64,000 nucleotides of DNA from Marinicella sp. (GTDB taxonomy: Bacteria > Pseudomonadota > Gammaproteobacteria > Xanthomonadales > Marinicellaceae), in assembly GCA_965230295.1 (NCBI GenBank), contig OZ246001.1:3680001-3744000 (forward strand). The letters are read 5' to 3'. A model generated the notes under the pieces. The model was not told where the DNA came from, did not search any database, and saw only the letters and a list, made by a program, of their open reading frames with translations. Shown here in pieces: positions 52,663 to 62,537 of the stretch; the first letter of the stretch is position 1; each line of letters opens with the position of its first letter. The position numbers were made by a program, and so were the translations under genes.

Positions 52663-52715
52663 GTAGTTGTTCGGTGATACAATAAATTCAATACTTTTAT
52701 AAGCGACTTTATAAT

Positions 52716-53306
52716 ATGCCCAAAAGGCGAAATGTAAAAAGTAAGCAAGAAATGGCTTCAGATTTTCATGAGAGGCCCAAGGATTTTTTAAATGAGCCTG
52801 AAATGGATTTGCTACTAAAAGGAGCAAAGCAGGGGAGACATGGAATTCGTGACCACCTCATTCTACTTATGATGTATAGACATGGTTTGAGAGTCAGTGA
52901 GGCGATCAACATTAAGTTGTCTGACCTTAATTTGAAACAGTCCAGGATATGGATTAACAGATTGAAGAATGGTTTATCTGTAGAGCAACCGATCGATGGA
53001 ATTGAATTAAGGGCCATCAAAAGATACCTGAGCACAAGGAATGATAAGTTGCCATGGTTATTTATCAGTGAACGAAATCAACCATTAACCAGGCAGTCAA
53101 TAAATTACATCATAAAGTCAGCAGGTAAAAGGGCAGGGATAGGCTCCGTAAATCCGCATATGCTCAGACATTCATGTGGATATTACCTGGCGAACAAAGG
53201 ATATGACCTTCGATTAATTCAAGATTATCTGGGTCACAGAGATCCAAAGCATACAGTTCACTACACAAGGATTGCTGGAAAAAGATTTGAAGATTTATGG
53301 AGATAA
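52716..53306 (+). CDS. FimB/FimE-like small tyrosine recombinase
   Basis: HGLRVSE, RLKNG, HMLRHSCG, IQDYLGH, TVHYT: full R-K-H-R-H-Y set; 196 aa. Confidence 0.93.
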   Translation: MPKRRNVKSKQEMASDFHERPKDFLNEPEMDLLLKGAKQGRHGIRDHLILLMMYRHGLRVSEAINIKLSDLNLKQSRIWINRLKNGLSVEQPIDGIELRAIKRYLSTRNDKLPWLFISERNQPLTRQSINYIIKSAGKRAGIGSVNPHMLRHSCGYYLANKGYDLRLIQDYLGHRDPKHTVHYTRIAGKRFEDLWR

Positions 53307-53324
53307 AATTATTAATTATTAAAT

Positions 53325-54020
53325 ATGAAGTATATTGAAAACAAAGAATTTATTGACTATGAAGTGTCTAAGGATTTCATTTCAGGGTATTCCCTAGATC
53401 AAAAACGTGACTTTATCATTCTTACTAGCATCCACACAGATTTATTGCATCACCTGTTTTACTTTGATGAGCTGATTCCAGAAATTAAAAACAAAGCACC
53501 AGGTAATGAATACAAGAGATATTTATTCCAAAAGAATTTTATCGGTTTAATAAGCACGATGCATGAGGCTATTAAATATTTAAAACGTACAAATAAAGCT
53601 GAATCTATAACTTCTGAGATGGAATCATTTGATAGTCTTCTCGAAAAAGTTAGAAATAATTTAGGTTACCATTATTCTTATGAAAACCATTTCAAAGCAC
53701 TAATTGGGAATGTATTTGACATATACAATTCCAATAATGAAAACGGGTTAGTCGTCTTACTCTGTAAAGAATCCAACATAAATATTTTTACCGATGTAAG
53801 TGAATTAAAATGGAGATTAATTTACTTCATTACGCATAACCCAAATTGGATAGATGAATGCTCTGACAATCCAGCTAGCTACATAAAAGCAAAAATGCAA
53901 GAAATTGAGGATAATCCAGAAGTCTTTGACGATTGGTTCAATGATTTCCTATCAAAGACTGTGTCTACAGCAAAATCAATCGATAGTATATGTGCCAAAT
54001 TTCTAAACAGCCTGATGTAG
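53325..54020 (+). CDS. Hypothetical protein with HEPN-like Rx5H motif
   Basis: MHEAI...KVRNNLGYH in a helical protein. Confidence 0.6.
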   Translation: MKYIENKEFIDYEVSKDFISGYSLDQKRDFIILTSIHTDLLHHLFYFDELIPEIKNKAPGNEYKRYLFQKNFIGLISTMHEAIKYLKRTNKAESITSEMESFDSLLEKVRNNLGYHYSYENHFKALIGNVFDIYNSNNENGLVVLLCKESNINIFTDVSELKWRLIYFITHNPNWIDECSDNPASYIKAKMQEIEDNPEVFDDWFNDFLSKTVSTAKSIDSICAKFLNSLM

Positions 54021-54036
54021 TAAGGTAATCAAATTG

Positions 54037-54315
54037 TTAAATATCCTTCATTACTTTTACGCCTTTTAAAATTGGCCTGTGACCACTAGCTATTTTATTT
54101 GCAATTGATAGACCAAGTTGAAACCAGTATTCTGATTTATCTTCTCCGAAAAAGCTAAAGCAAAATTCCTTATCATCTGCATCAAATCCACCAATAAGAC
54201 ATCCACTCTGAAACATATCACCAGATTCAATTTCAGACCATTGATCTATAGATTTATTTTCTGCTGAAATCTCTTTACATATAATAATAAGTTCAGAATT
54301 GATTGGTATCTCCAT
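54037..54315 (-). CDS. Small acidic hypothetical protein
   Basis: 92 aa ORF with AGGA RBS. Confidence 0.65.
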   Translation of the reverse strand: MEIPINSELIIICKEISAENKSIDQWSEIESGDMFQSGCLIGGFDADDKEFCFSFFGEDKSEYWFQLGLSIANKIASGHRPILKGVKVMKDI

Positions 54316-54384
54316 AAATTTAATAATCCTAAAAGTGACGAATATACCATATGATTTTCATCTTCATAAAATTGAAAAATTCAC

Positions 54385-54464
54385 TGGACAAAAAATTCAG
54401 CACTTTAATTGGAAATTTACAGGTTTAGTTGGAAAAAGTTCAGCACTTTAGTTGGACATCCACA
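54385..54464 (-). mobile_element. Tn7-like right-type end with three abutting transposase-binding sites
   Basis: Minus strand TGTGGATGT-CCAACTAAAGTGCTGAACT...CCAACTAAACCTGTAAATT...CCAATTAAAGTGCTGAATT...TTGTCCA. Confidence 0.82.
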
Positions 54465-54466
54465 AA

Positions 54467-54630
54467 CATGGGCATACAACTAAAGTGCGAAATCTCATTA
54501 ATTTCTAAGCCATTGATTTTGTTGAGCATGATGAAATTAATTTACAACTAAAGTACGCAACTTTCTCAAATTTCATCAGGAAAGCGGGGCAGGTATGGCA
54601 TTACAACTAAAGAGCTGAACTTATTGTCCA
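54467..54630 (+). mobile_element. Tn7-like left-type end with three spaced sites
   Basis: ACAACTAAAG at 54476, 54544 and 54603 (68/59 bp); closes with TTGTCCA; faces the tniQ gene. Confidence 0.82.
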
Positions 54631-54817
54631 TTATTCATTAATGATTATGCATGGTTATGTAATTGGATAGGGTAAGGAGAGCCAATAATAAAAGCCTGTT
54701 TCTATTGCCTTTGCACATCAATTTCACCTGCTTTAGAAAATTTTTACGTCTGGCTAAACCGTCGAAATTAAAAACGATAAACAAGTAACGCAGTGGTGAT
54801 CGAATTGAGCTCCTTTT

Positions 54818-55189
54818 TTAACAGTTCACATGTCTCCGCATAGCCACTATGAACAAGATAAAAATGCTTGTTGCAACGATTACTGAAATTATGAGGCCAA
54901 TTTTATCAAAGTGATAGTAGGTAACCCCAGTTTGGATACTCATGAAAGGAATTAATATGCCCAAAAGATTTATTTGCCAGAAAATGGTGCTGCATTTTTT
55001 CTGTCTACTTAAGTAGAAGAACCAGACAGTCGTGATCAACACAATTGGTCCTGTAACGAATAAATGCATAATTAACTGCATTCCACTTGGTTCATGGACC
55101 ACCATCCAACCATGAAGCGACAGGTAGATAAGAGCTGCGTAGACCAGGTTAACTATAGACAGTGTTACTGCTGTTGCAAGACTTAACAT
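54818..55189 (-). CDS. Small 4-TM membrane protein
   Basis: Four hydrophobic segments; lies between two left-type ends. Confidence 0.65.
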   Translation of the reverse strand: MLSLATAVTLSIVNLVYAALIYLSLHGWMVVHEPSGMQLIMHLFVTGPIVLITTVWFFYLSRQKKCSTIFWQINLLGILIPFMSIQTGVTYYHFDKIGLIISVIVATSIFILFIVAMRRHVNC

Positions 55190-55352
55190 AATTCATCTGC
55201 TTATTAAGGATAATGGTCACAATTCTATCCTTCGAATTATAGTAAATCACATATATCATCAACTAGTATCACTTGACGATACTTAGTTTGAATCCTACTA
55301 GATTTATCAAATTTCATGGAGGTTTACTTATTTGATTTATTACTTAAATAAT

Positions 55353-55448
55353 TCTGGACTAACAACTAAAGTACGCAACTTTTTAATTTCTATCGAAGCA
55401 GTAAGGGTAGGGGTGACTTTACAACTTAAATGCTGAGTTTATTGTCCA
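55353..55448 (+). mobile_element. Additional Tn7-like left-type end, two clear sites
   Basis: TCTGGACTA-ACAACTAAAGTACGCAACT (55362), ACAACTTAAATGCTGAGT (55421), TTGTCCA; 59-bp spacing. Confidence 0.7.
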
Positions 55449-55755
55449 TTTTCTTAATAAATCACCATAACCATTTTAAACTTCTTGTTTTCTTTAATTT
55501 ACTAATGAAATTCGACCTTCTATTGTGTTGAAATTAACTTTTTGACAAGATTGAATATATTAATTACGTGTATATAAAATAGAAATTTAACTATTATTAA
55601 AAGGGTGTTTGACTTTAAAGGCCATATCCCAATTACACATTATATATCCATTTTCTAGTAAGTCTCAGGTTTATTAACGTTTAAGGCTTACAATATATCG
55701 TTTACTTTTAAATATTAAGCTATATAATTAGGAAAGGAATCTATAATGTGCAAAA

Positions 55756-56265
55756 ATGAAATTATTAGCTTTTTTATACATATCGCAATTGAGTGCAACA
55801 AATTACAACGATAATTCAGGTTGTGAACTTTTAGCAATGCAATTAAATAAAATTAAGCATGAAGCTTCATCATGGTCAAGCATTCTTAACTATGCAGAAA
55901 GTCTAAATTTTGATTATTCAAATAAGCAATCATGTAAAGAAATTAATTTTGCAGACAGCACTGAGTTACAGATTCAAGTAATTTATGGAAGTAAATATAT
56001 CTGGTATAAAGAAAATTCATGTATTCAGCTTATAGAACCAGAAAATAAAGTTTTAACAAACAGGGAAAGTGAGATCTTCAGTTGTTTAACAAACAGTATA
56101 GTTGTAAATACAAAAAACGAAACTATAAAACTGGCAAACAAAGAACAATATATCCCTGATGAAAATAAATGTGGAAGCACTTATTATTATGCGGAAATAA
56201 TTGATGACAAGGTAGTATATAAAGACTCTTGCGGTAATATCATTAAAAACCCAAATTTCAATTAG
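55756..56265 (+). CDS. Hypothetical secreted Cys-containing protein
   Basis: Short hydrophobic N-terminus; 6 Cys; directly upstream of the protease. Confidence 0.55.
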   Translation: MKLLAFLYISQLSATNYNDNSGCELLAMQLNKIKHEASSWSSILNYAESLNFDYSNKQSCKEINFADSTELQIQVIYGSKYIWYKENSCIQLIEPENKVLTNRESEIFSCLTNSIVVNTKNETIKLANKEQYIPDENKCGSTYYYAEIIDDKVVYKDSCGNIIKNPNFN

Positions 56266-56326
56266 TACTTTAAACTAAAAGTCAATTTTTCATTTTTTGA
56301 TTGTATTTATTACAAAGGGATTAACT

Positions 56327-59300
56327 ATGCGATACTTATTTTTATTCTTTTTTATTTCATTCACTTCTAACGCCTCCCAATTACTAAAACCTGAAGCGTT
56401 CTCTTGGGAAGAATTAGTTGAATTACAAAAAGATGTAATTAACAACTTTGACGATCACTATTTGTCACCTCAATGCTTTTCTACTTTAGAATCGTATAAC
56501 GGACTGAAAAGATCCCTTACTATACAAACAATACTTTGGAAAACGTATGTATGGGAAACATATGACATGCCAGATAAATATAATTGTATTGTTTTGTATG
56601 AAAACTATGAAAAAAGCAACCAGAGCCATAAAGTACTGACAATCGAAGAGAGTAAATCACTTCTTTCAGCATCAAAAGGGTTCAAATTTAAAGAGAAAGG
56701 ATTGTATGAGTTCTCTAATCACATAAACACTTACAATCAATCAACATACAAAAGTTTAAATAGAAGCAAGACAAATGTCGATGTAGATTATAACAATAAA
56801 AATGTATTTGTATCAGATGAATATACATCGGTTAAATTTCCATTAACGTCAGCTAGAGAAATTGGAAATACTGTCAATACACAAGTCGAGAAGAATGGCT
56901 ATGTACTTAGTGTTGATCATAATCAAACATTTTTGTACCCATATAACAATATAGTATTAACACAATCTGAGCATGCTGCTTGTAACCAGTTCGGGGAATG
57001 GTCTGCGTTCATGGTTCAATGGAATGTATCAGTCACAAACGCACATAATATTTATACTGGCTGTCAATTTGCTAGTTTTCTACAACAGCAAGTCTCAGCT
57101 CATTTAGACCAAAATGTCAGATTAACACACTACCCAATTATGGTTGCTGCAAATGCTCAGGTTGCAAATAATTACTTGCTAAATCCAATTGCAGGCAACA
57201 ATCAAGATTATGGAGCTATCCGATACTATCAAAGTTTTTTCAACCCTTTTTATATCGGATTAACAACTAATCTTGGGTTTCAAAAAGGTGACCGAATAAG
57301 AAATATTGGTTATCCAATGCAGTCAGTACCAAATAACTTAGGAATGAAGGAAGATTTTGCAGATTATACCCCTCTTATAGGAGGAGGGTATAACTTGCCT
57401 CAAGTTGTTTTTGATAAAAGGCCAAATAATAGGGTGTGGCCAGGACAAAGTGGCTCTCCTAGCTTCAGGAATAATGAATCAAATGCATTTGGTATGGTGA
57501 CTTTAGAAATAATCGGTACAGATGGTTTAGGAGTAATTAATGGTTTTACACCAAATCAGGTAACTGACATATTATCTTGGATGAGCTGGAATCCGACAGG
57601 TATCATTAGTTACCCAAATAATCCTGTACAAAACTCAACGTATAACTTAGTAGAAGTTCCAGAGTTTTTGGCAACAGTAACTCCTATTAATAATTATAGG
57701 ATGGATGGCACTATTGAAGAATCAAATAAAAACCTCGAGGATTTAATTACCTGGACTTCAAGTATCGATGGTGAATTTGGTACTGGAGGTTCTGTTACTG
57801 AAGAAGAGTTAAAAACTTCTCTATCAGGTGGATGGCATTTTATAACAACTAAAATTGATTCAAATGGAGAGCAAGCAGAGTCTAATGTTTTTATAAACAT
57901 AATTAAACCTTCAGGACAATTTACATCAAGTGGTTTTTGTATTGTTGACTTAGGTTCAAGTCAAACCAATTCTTGCCAATTAAATATTACATGGTCTGTC
58001 TCAAACACTCCAGCTACTTCTGTAGTATGGAATGAAACAACTAATACAGAGTTTGCAACAGGGAATAATGGGGGTAAATCATATACAGCGACTACAAATA
58101 CAACTACGTTTAAATTATATCCTTCTGATGAAAAAATAATACTACTTGATACAATTAACGCCCAGGCAAAAGTCCCAACTGGTGAGTTGACGGTTCCTTC
58201 TGCTCAATGCTCACTGCAACCTTCACCAATAGCGCCAGATGGAACGATGCGCAATCCCAAAGCCACACCTCCAGGGTGTGGAACAGAATTGTCCTGGTCA
58301 AATGTGCAATGGGCTTCACCTAGTATATTTTACCGACCTGCTACTGGAGGCCCATGGCAGTTATTGTACCAAGTACCTTGCCAACTAAATGGCGATGTGT
58401 GTGCAGGTTCCATCCATACCGATGATTATGCAACACCTGAGCTAATTTCCACTTCAGGGTATGAATTTAAGTTGGTTCAATTTAATGATGCAAATTCAGG
58501 AAATTTAACCGCCCCCTTCACAGTAACAGCCAAACGCTTTGCAGATGCTTATGAGTATGATGATGGATGGTTTGATTTGCCAGATAACTTATACAATGAC
58601 CTAGATGAGAGGTTATTGGCAAATGGAGGTACGATATCCAATCGAGTGGAACTGGGTCAGACTCATGCAAATCATAATTTTCATCGACCTGCTGCATATG
58701 ACTCAGGAATAGATATAGATGCTTTTGATATTTCCACTTCAAGTATGTCTGTTACACCTGCGACACAAGTCAATGCCAAAGTATTCAATATGGCCAGTGG
58801 TCTAGATGTGGATTTTGAAGTTCTGTGTGTTGGTAGTAAAAGGACTTCGATAAATGCTGAGTATAAAGTTGGTGTTTGGGAATTACCCGAAAGTCCCACT
58901 GTCTCAAATACTTCAGGAAGTGGGTTCAGGCAAATTACGTTTAATAGTGTTAAATTCAGAGATTATTATGACGGTAAAAACAATTATGTGGCTGGGTTTA
59001 TATGTGAATTTAACCAAGTGCGCGTTCGAAGAACCACCGGTACACCAGGAGAAAACCTTACATATGACTTTGTGGCAAGCCTTACGGACCAAGGAAATAA
59101 CCCAATTCTTGATAGTGTGGCAGCATTAGATCCATATACCTATAAAATTGAACTACTGGGTGAAAACTTTGGTACAAATCCAAGTGTCAGTCTCAGAGAT
59201 AATGTCTCAGGAAGTCAACCCATAGTTTATTCATCTGATTGGTTCCATAATCTAGGCACTCATGTGAGTACCCATATAAATGCAGGAAAAAACTTTATCC

Positions 59301-61210
59301 GCTTCCCAATTCTTGAGGCAAGTAGACAAGCTACATTTAAAATAAACGGACTGTGTTTCAAGGTTATAAGTGGAACGGATGAAAGTCCTGAACACTGTTA
59401 CAAGATTCCGTCTCGCAGCATTAAACCAAATTTTATGGGTGAACAATTACAAAGCTATATTCCTGTCAACGCAACACCACAGGACATTGATAACGATGCT
59501 TATACTGTAAAAACAAATGGAAATTTAATGAAGCTCTGGGGTAACAGTTGGAAAAAGCTCCCAACCAACTATACAGTGACACCAAATACTGAACTTGAAG
59601 TGGAGTTTAAATCCACACTTACAGAACCTGAGTTTAGTGGTGTTGGTTTCATTCACAATGGACAGTCAAATTTATCTAGCACCAGATTTTGGCAATTTTA
59701 CGGTACTCAATCATGGGGTAAACAAGAACATAATGATTATAATTCTGGATCTGGCTACAAGACATACAGAATTAAGATAGGTGATACGTTTACTGGACAA
59801 ATCTCTCACATGGTTTTTGTGACAGACAATGACAATCAACAAGCCGGTCAAAATGTAGTTTTTCGATTGCCTACTTTAATGGAAGGTTCAGGGTCAAGTC
59901 CTTCAGGAACATTAACGTCCACCAGCCCTTGCTCTTTAACTGGTACAAATACCTACTGTGATGTCACCTTAAGTGTTCAAAAGCAAGACACACCTTATTC
60001 CTGTATATGGAAAACGGCTCCTACACTGCAATTGGTTTCTTGTACTTCTGCGGACAGTTGGAATACCAATTGGCAATGGACCAATGTCAATGGACATACC
60101 ATGCAATTACGAGCTCATGACACAACACCACAGAGTGACCCAGGTTGGCCAGGAAATATGCAGACTTTATTCAATGCAGCTCCATTATTGGATGAAGAAG
60201 TTGTTGTTGCTCAACCAGCTGGATCAAATGCCTCTGGGTCACTAACTTCAAACAGTCCTTGTACTTTAATTGGAACAAATACTTATTGTAATGTCACTTT
60301 GAGTGTACAAAAACAAGACACGCCATATTCTTGCATATGGAAAACAGCACCGACACTACAGTTATTTTCTTGTACTTCTGCAGACAGCTGGAACGCCAAT
60401 TGGCAATGGACCAATGTCAATGGTCACACCATGCAATTGCGGGCTCATGACTCATCTCCTCAGAATGATCCAGGTTGGCCTGGAAATATGCAAACTTTAT
60501 TCAATGCTGCACCATTATTGGATGAAGAGGTTGTTGTTGCTCAACCAGCTGGATCAAATGCCAGTGGTACATTAAGTTCAAACAGCCCATGTACTTTGAC
60601 TGGAACAAACACCAGATGTGATGTCACGTTGAGTGTACAAAAACAAGACACTCCATATTCTTGTATATGGACATCAGCTCCATCAATTCAATTAGTTTCT
60701 TGTACTTCTGCTAATAGCTGGGACACCAATTGGCAATGGACCAATGTCAATGGACACACCATGCAATTACGGGCTCATGACACAACCCCTCAGAATGACC
60801 CCGGCTGGCCTGGTAACATGCTAACTTTATTCAATGCTGCTCAATTATTGGATGAAGAAGTCGTTATTGCTCAACCAGCTGGATCAAATGCAACAGGTTC
60901 AATGACTACTACTAGCCCCTGTACATTAACTGGATCAAACACGAGATGTGATGTAACTATTGATGTTCAAAAACAAGGCACTCCTTATTCTTGTATTTGG
61001 AAAACATCACCTACATTGCAATTGGTTTCTTGTTATGCAGCAGACAGCTGGACTACCAACTGGCAATGGACCAATACAGGTGGTCACACCATGCAATTAA
61101 GGGCTCATGATTCAACTCCACAGAACGATCCAGGTTGGCCTGGAAACATGCAGACTCTTTTCAATGCTGCTCCATTATTGGATGAAAAAGTAGTGATTGC
61201 TGTCCAGTAA
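56327..61210 (+). CDS. Large secreted trypsin-fold (V8-like) serine protease with accessory domains and four C-terminal repeats
   Basis: Signal peptide; TNAHN, QDYGAI, PGQSGSP triad; WTSSIDG Ig-like stretch; tandem 110-aa repeats. Confidence 0.78.
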   Translation: MRYLFLFFFISFTSNASQLLKPEAFSWEELVELQKDVINNFDDHYLSPQCFSTLESYNGLKRSLTIQTILWKTYVWETYDMPDKYNCIVLYENYEKSNQSHKVLTIEESKSLLSASKGFKFKEKGLYEFSNHINTYNQSTYKSLNRSKTNVDVDYNNKNVFVSDEYTSVKFPLTSAREIGNTVNTQVEKNGYVLSVDHNQTFLYPYNNIVLTQSEHAACNQFGEWSAFMVQWNVSVTNAHNIYTGCQFASFLQQQVSAHLDQNVRLTHYPIMVAANAQVANNYLLNPIAGNNQDYGAIRYYQSFFNPFYIGLTTNLGFQKGDRIRNIGYPMQSVPNNLGMKEDFADYTPLIGGGYNLPQVVFDKRPNNRVWPGQSGSPSFRNNESNAFGMVTLEIIGTDGLGVINGFTPNQVTDILSWMSWNPTGIISYPNNPVQNSTYNLVEVPEFLATVTPINNYRMDGTIEESNKNLEDLITWTSSIDGEFGTGGSVTEEELKTSLSGGWHFITTKIDSNGEQAESNVFINIIKPSGQFTSSGFCIVDLGSSQTNSCQLNITWSVSNTPATSVVWNETTNTEFATGNNGGKSYTATTNTTTFKLYPSDEKIILLDTINAQAKVPTGELTVPSAQCSLQPSPIAPDGTMRNPKATPPGCGTELSWSNVQWASPSIFYRPATGGPWQLLYQVPCQLNGDVCAGSIHTDDYATPELISTSGYEFKLVQFNDANSGNLTAPFTVTAKRFADAYEYDDGWFDLPDNLYNDLDERLLANGGTISNRVELGQTHANHNFHRPAAYDSGIDIDAFDISTSSMSVTPATQVNAKVFNMASGLDVDFEVLCVGSKRTSINAEYKVGVWELPESPTVSNTSGSGFRQITFNSVKFRDYYDGKNNYVAGFICEFNQVRVRRTTGTPGENLTYDFVASLTDQGNNPILDSVAALDPYTYKIELLGENFGTNPSVSLRDNVSGSQPIVYSSDWFHNLGTHVSTHINAGKNFIRFPILEASRQATFKINGLCFKVISGTDESPEHCYKIPSRSIKPNFMGEQLQSYIPVNATPQDIDNDAYTVKTNGNLMKLWGNSWKKLPTNYTVTPNTELEVEFKSTLTEPEFSGVGFIHNGQSNLSSTRFWQFYGTQSWGKQEHNDYNSGSGYKTYRIKIGDTFTGQISHMVFVTDNDNQQAGQNVVFRLPTLMEGSGSSPSGTLTSTSPCSLTGTNTYCDVTLSVQKQDTPYSCIWKTAPTLQLVSCTSADSWNTNWQWTNVNGHTMQLRAHDTTPQSDPGWPGNMQTLFNAAPLLDEEVVVAQPAGSNASGSLTSNSPCTLIGTNTYCNVTLSVQKQDTPYSCIWKTAPTLQLFSCTSADSWNANWQWTNVNGHTMQLRAHDSSPQNDPGWPGNMQTLFNAAPLLDEEVVVAQPAGSNASGTLSSNSPCTLTGTNTRCDVTLSVQKQDTPYSCIWTSAPSIQLVSCTSANSWDTNWQWTNVNGHTMQLRAHDTTPQNDPGWPGNMLTLFNAAQLLDEEVVIAQPAGSNATGSMTTTSPCTLTGSNTRCDVTIDVQKQGTPYSCIWKTSPTLQLVSCYAADSWTTNWQWTNTGGHTMQLRAHDSTPQNDPGWPGNMQTLFNAAPLLDEKVVIAVQ
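59900..61207 (+). repeat. Four coding tandem repeats, 330-bp period
   Basis: SPCxL...C...TPYSCIW...SC...NWQWTN..GHTMQLRAHD...DPGWPGNM..LFNAA.LLDE four times. Confidence 0.95.
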
Positions 61211-61216
61211 ATTATT

Positions 61217-61249
61217 GCGGGCTTGAATTATGTATCTTTTCAAGCCCGC
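61217..61249 (+). terminator. Rho-independent terminator
   Basis: GCGGGCTTGAA-11nt-TTCAAGCCCGC followed by a T-rich tract. Confidence 0.8.
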
Positions 61250-61347
61250 TCTTTATTTATTCATTAATTAACTTTTATCAGCGGTTTTAAAGATTTTAAA
61301 ACTAGTTGATTTGATATAATCCAATTTTATTGTTTCTAATTCTTCTT

Positions 61348-62397
61348 ATGATAGAAAACTATCTAAACCCAACAACAATTCAGCAAATAGATGGATTAAC
61401 ACGTACATTTGCTAGCAACAAACCGTTTAAACATTTGGTAATGGATGATTTCTTTAAACCAGAGTTTGCGGAAAAAATGCTTAATGAGTTTCCTCAGTTT
61501 GAAAAAAAACTTGCCATGAATGAAAACGGTGAAGTGGGGCGAAAAGCCGTCCATGAGAAAGTAACCGGAATAGGGCCAACATATCAGCAGTTGGACTCAT
61601 TAGCCCAAAATAAGGAATTCCTCAAATGGGTTGAGAAAGTTACAGGAATAGAGAATTTGATTTATGATCCCTATTACTTTGGTGGAGGTACTCACAATAA
61701 TTTATCTGGTCAAGATTTAGACCCGCATGTGGACTTTACCCACCATCCAATGACTGGCCATCATCGCAGACTCAATTTAATCGTTTATTTAAATAAAGAA
61801 TGGGATAAAAGCTGGGGTGGTAACATTGAGTTTCATAAAAATCCAAGATTAGAACCTAAGCACGACGAAATTATCAGCGTTGAACCCTTGTTTAATAGGG
61901 CTGTGATCTTTGAGACCAACAACATTTCATGGCATGGCTTTCCTCGTATCGAATTACCAGAAGCTCAAAAAGAGCTTTCAAGAAAATCATTTGCCTTGTA
62001 TTACTACACAGATCAGCGTGAGCAAAAGATAAAACCTCATTCTACAATCTATGTAGAAAGGCACCTGCCATCAAGATATGAAGCAGGGATGAAACTTGAA
62101 GCTACTGACTTGCTTGAAATAAAAACTCTGTTAAAACGAAGGGACCAACATTTAGAAAGGTTGTACAACAATATAACACATCTAATGACTGAGACCAGCG
62201 ACTTGAAATGGAGCCTTAGGCAAGAAAAAGAAAAATCTAAGCTTGCTGAAATTACTCAAAAGGAAGATTTAGTGGTTGATGACAAAGTAGACCAGGAGAA
62301 GCTAATAAATAGAATTCATGAATTAGAAAACTCTACTTCTTGGAAAATCACAGCTCCAATTAGGAAATTAAAGCGTTTGTTTTCAAAAAGCAAATGA
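61348..62397 (+). CDS. 2OG-Fe(II) oxygenase with C-terminal coiled coil
   Basis: PFKHLVMDDF, GGGTH, HVD...WHG...RKS; ends NSTSWKITAPIR. Confidence 0.88.
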   Translation: MIENYLNPTTIQQIDGLTRTFASNKPFKHLVMDDFFKPEFAEKMLNEFPQFEKKLAMNENGEVGRKAVHEKVTGIGPTYQQLDSLAQNKEFLKWVEKVTGIENLIYDPYYFGGGTHNNLSGQDLDPHVDFTHHPMTGHHRRLNLIVYLNKEWDKSWGGNIEFHKNPRLEPKHDEIISVEPLFNRAVIFETNNISWHGFPRIELPEAQKELSRKSFALYYYTDQREQKIKPHSTIYVERHLPSRYEAGMKLEATDLLEIKTLLKRRDQHLERLYNNITHLMTETSDLKWSLRQEKEKSKLAEITQKEDLVVDDKVDQEKLINRIHELENSTSWKITAPIRKLKRLFSKSK

Positions 62398-62537
62398 AAA
62401 GGTTTCTGAAACCAAAATGAATTAGTCAAAGTCATTCACAAAAATGTAATCACTTCCAATAAATCTATGGCTTGAAAGAATTGAACTCATATTGTATTTT
62501 CTGTATTCCGTATTTGGTATTTTAAAAAGTGAACAGC

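Noticed and set aside
47727-54315. Integron with cassette array
   Set aside because: The recombinase is 196 aa and FimB-like, not IntI; ORFs lie on both strands; no recurring attC-like sites in the intergenic regions.
54385-55448. Spaced ACAACTAAAG repeats as a CRISPR array
   Set aside because: At most three degenerate copies per group, uneven spacing, inverted groups and no cas genes; the layout fits transposase-binding sites.
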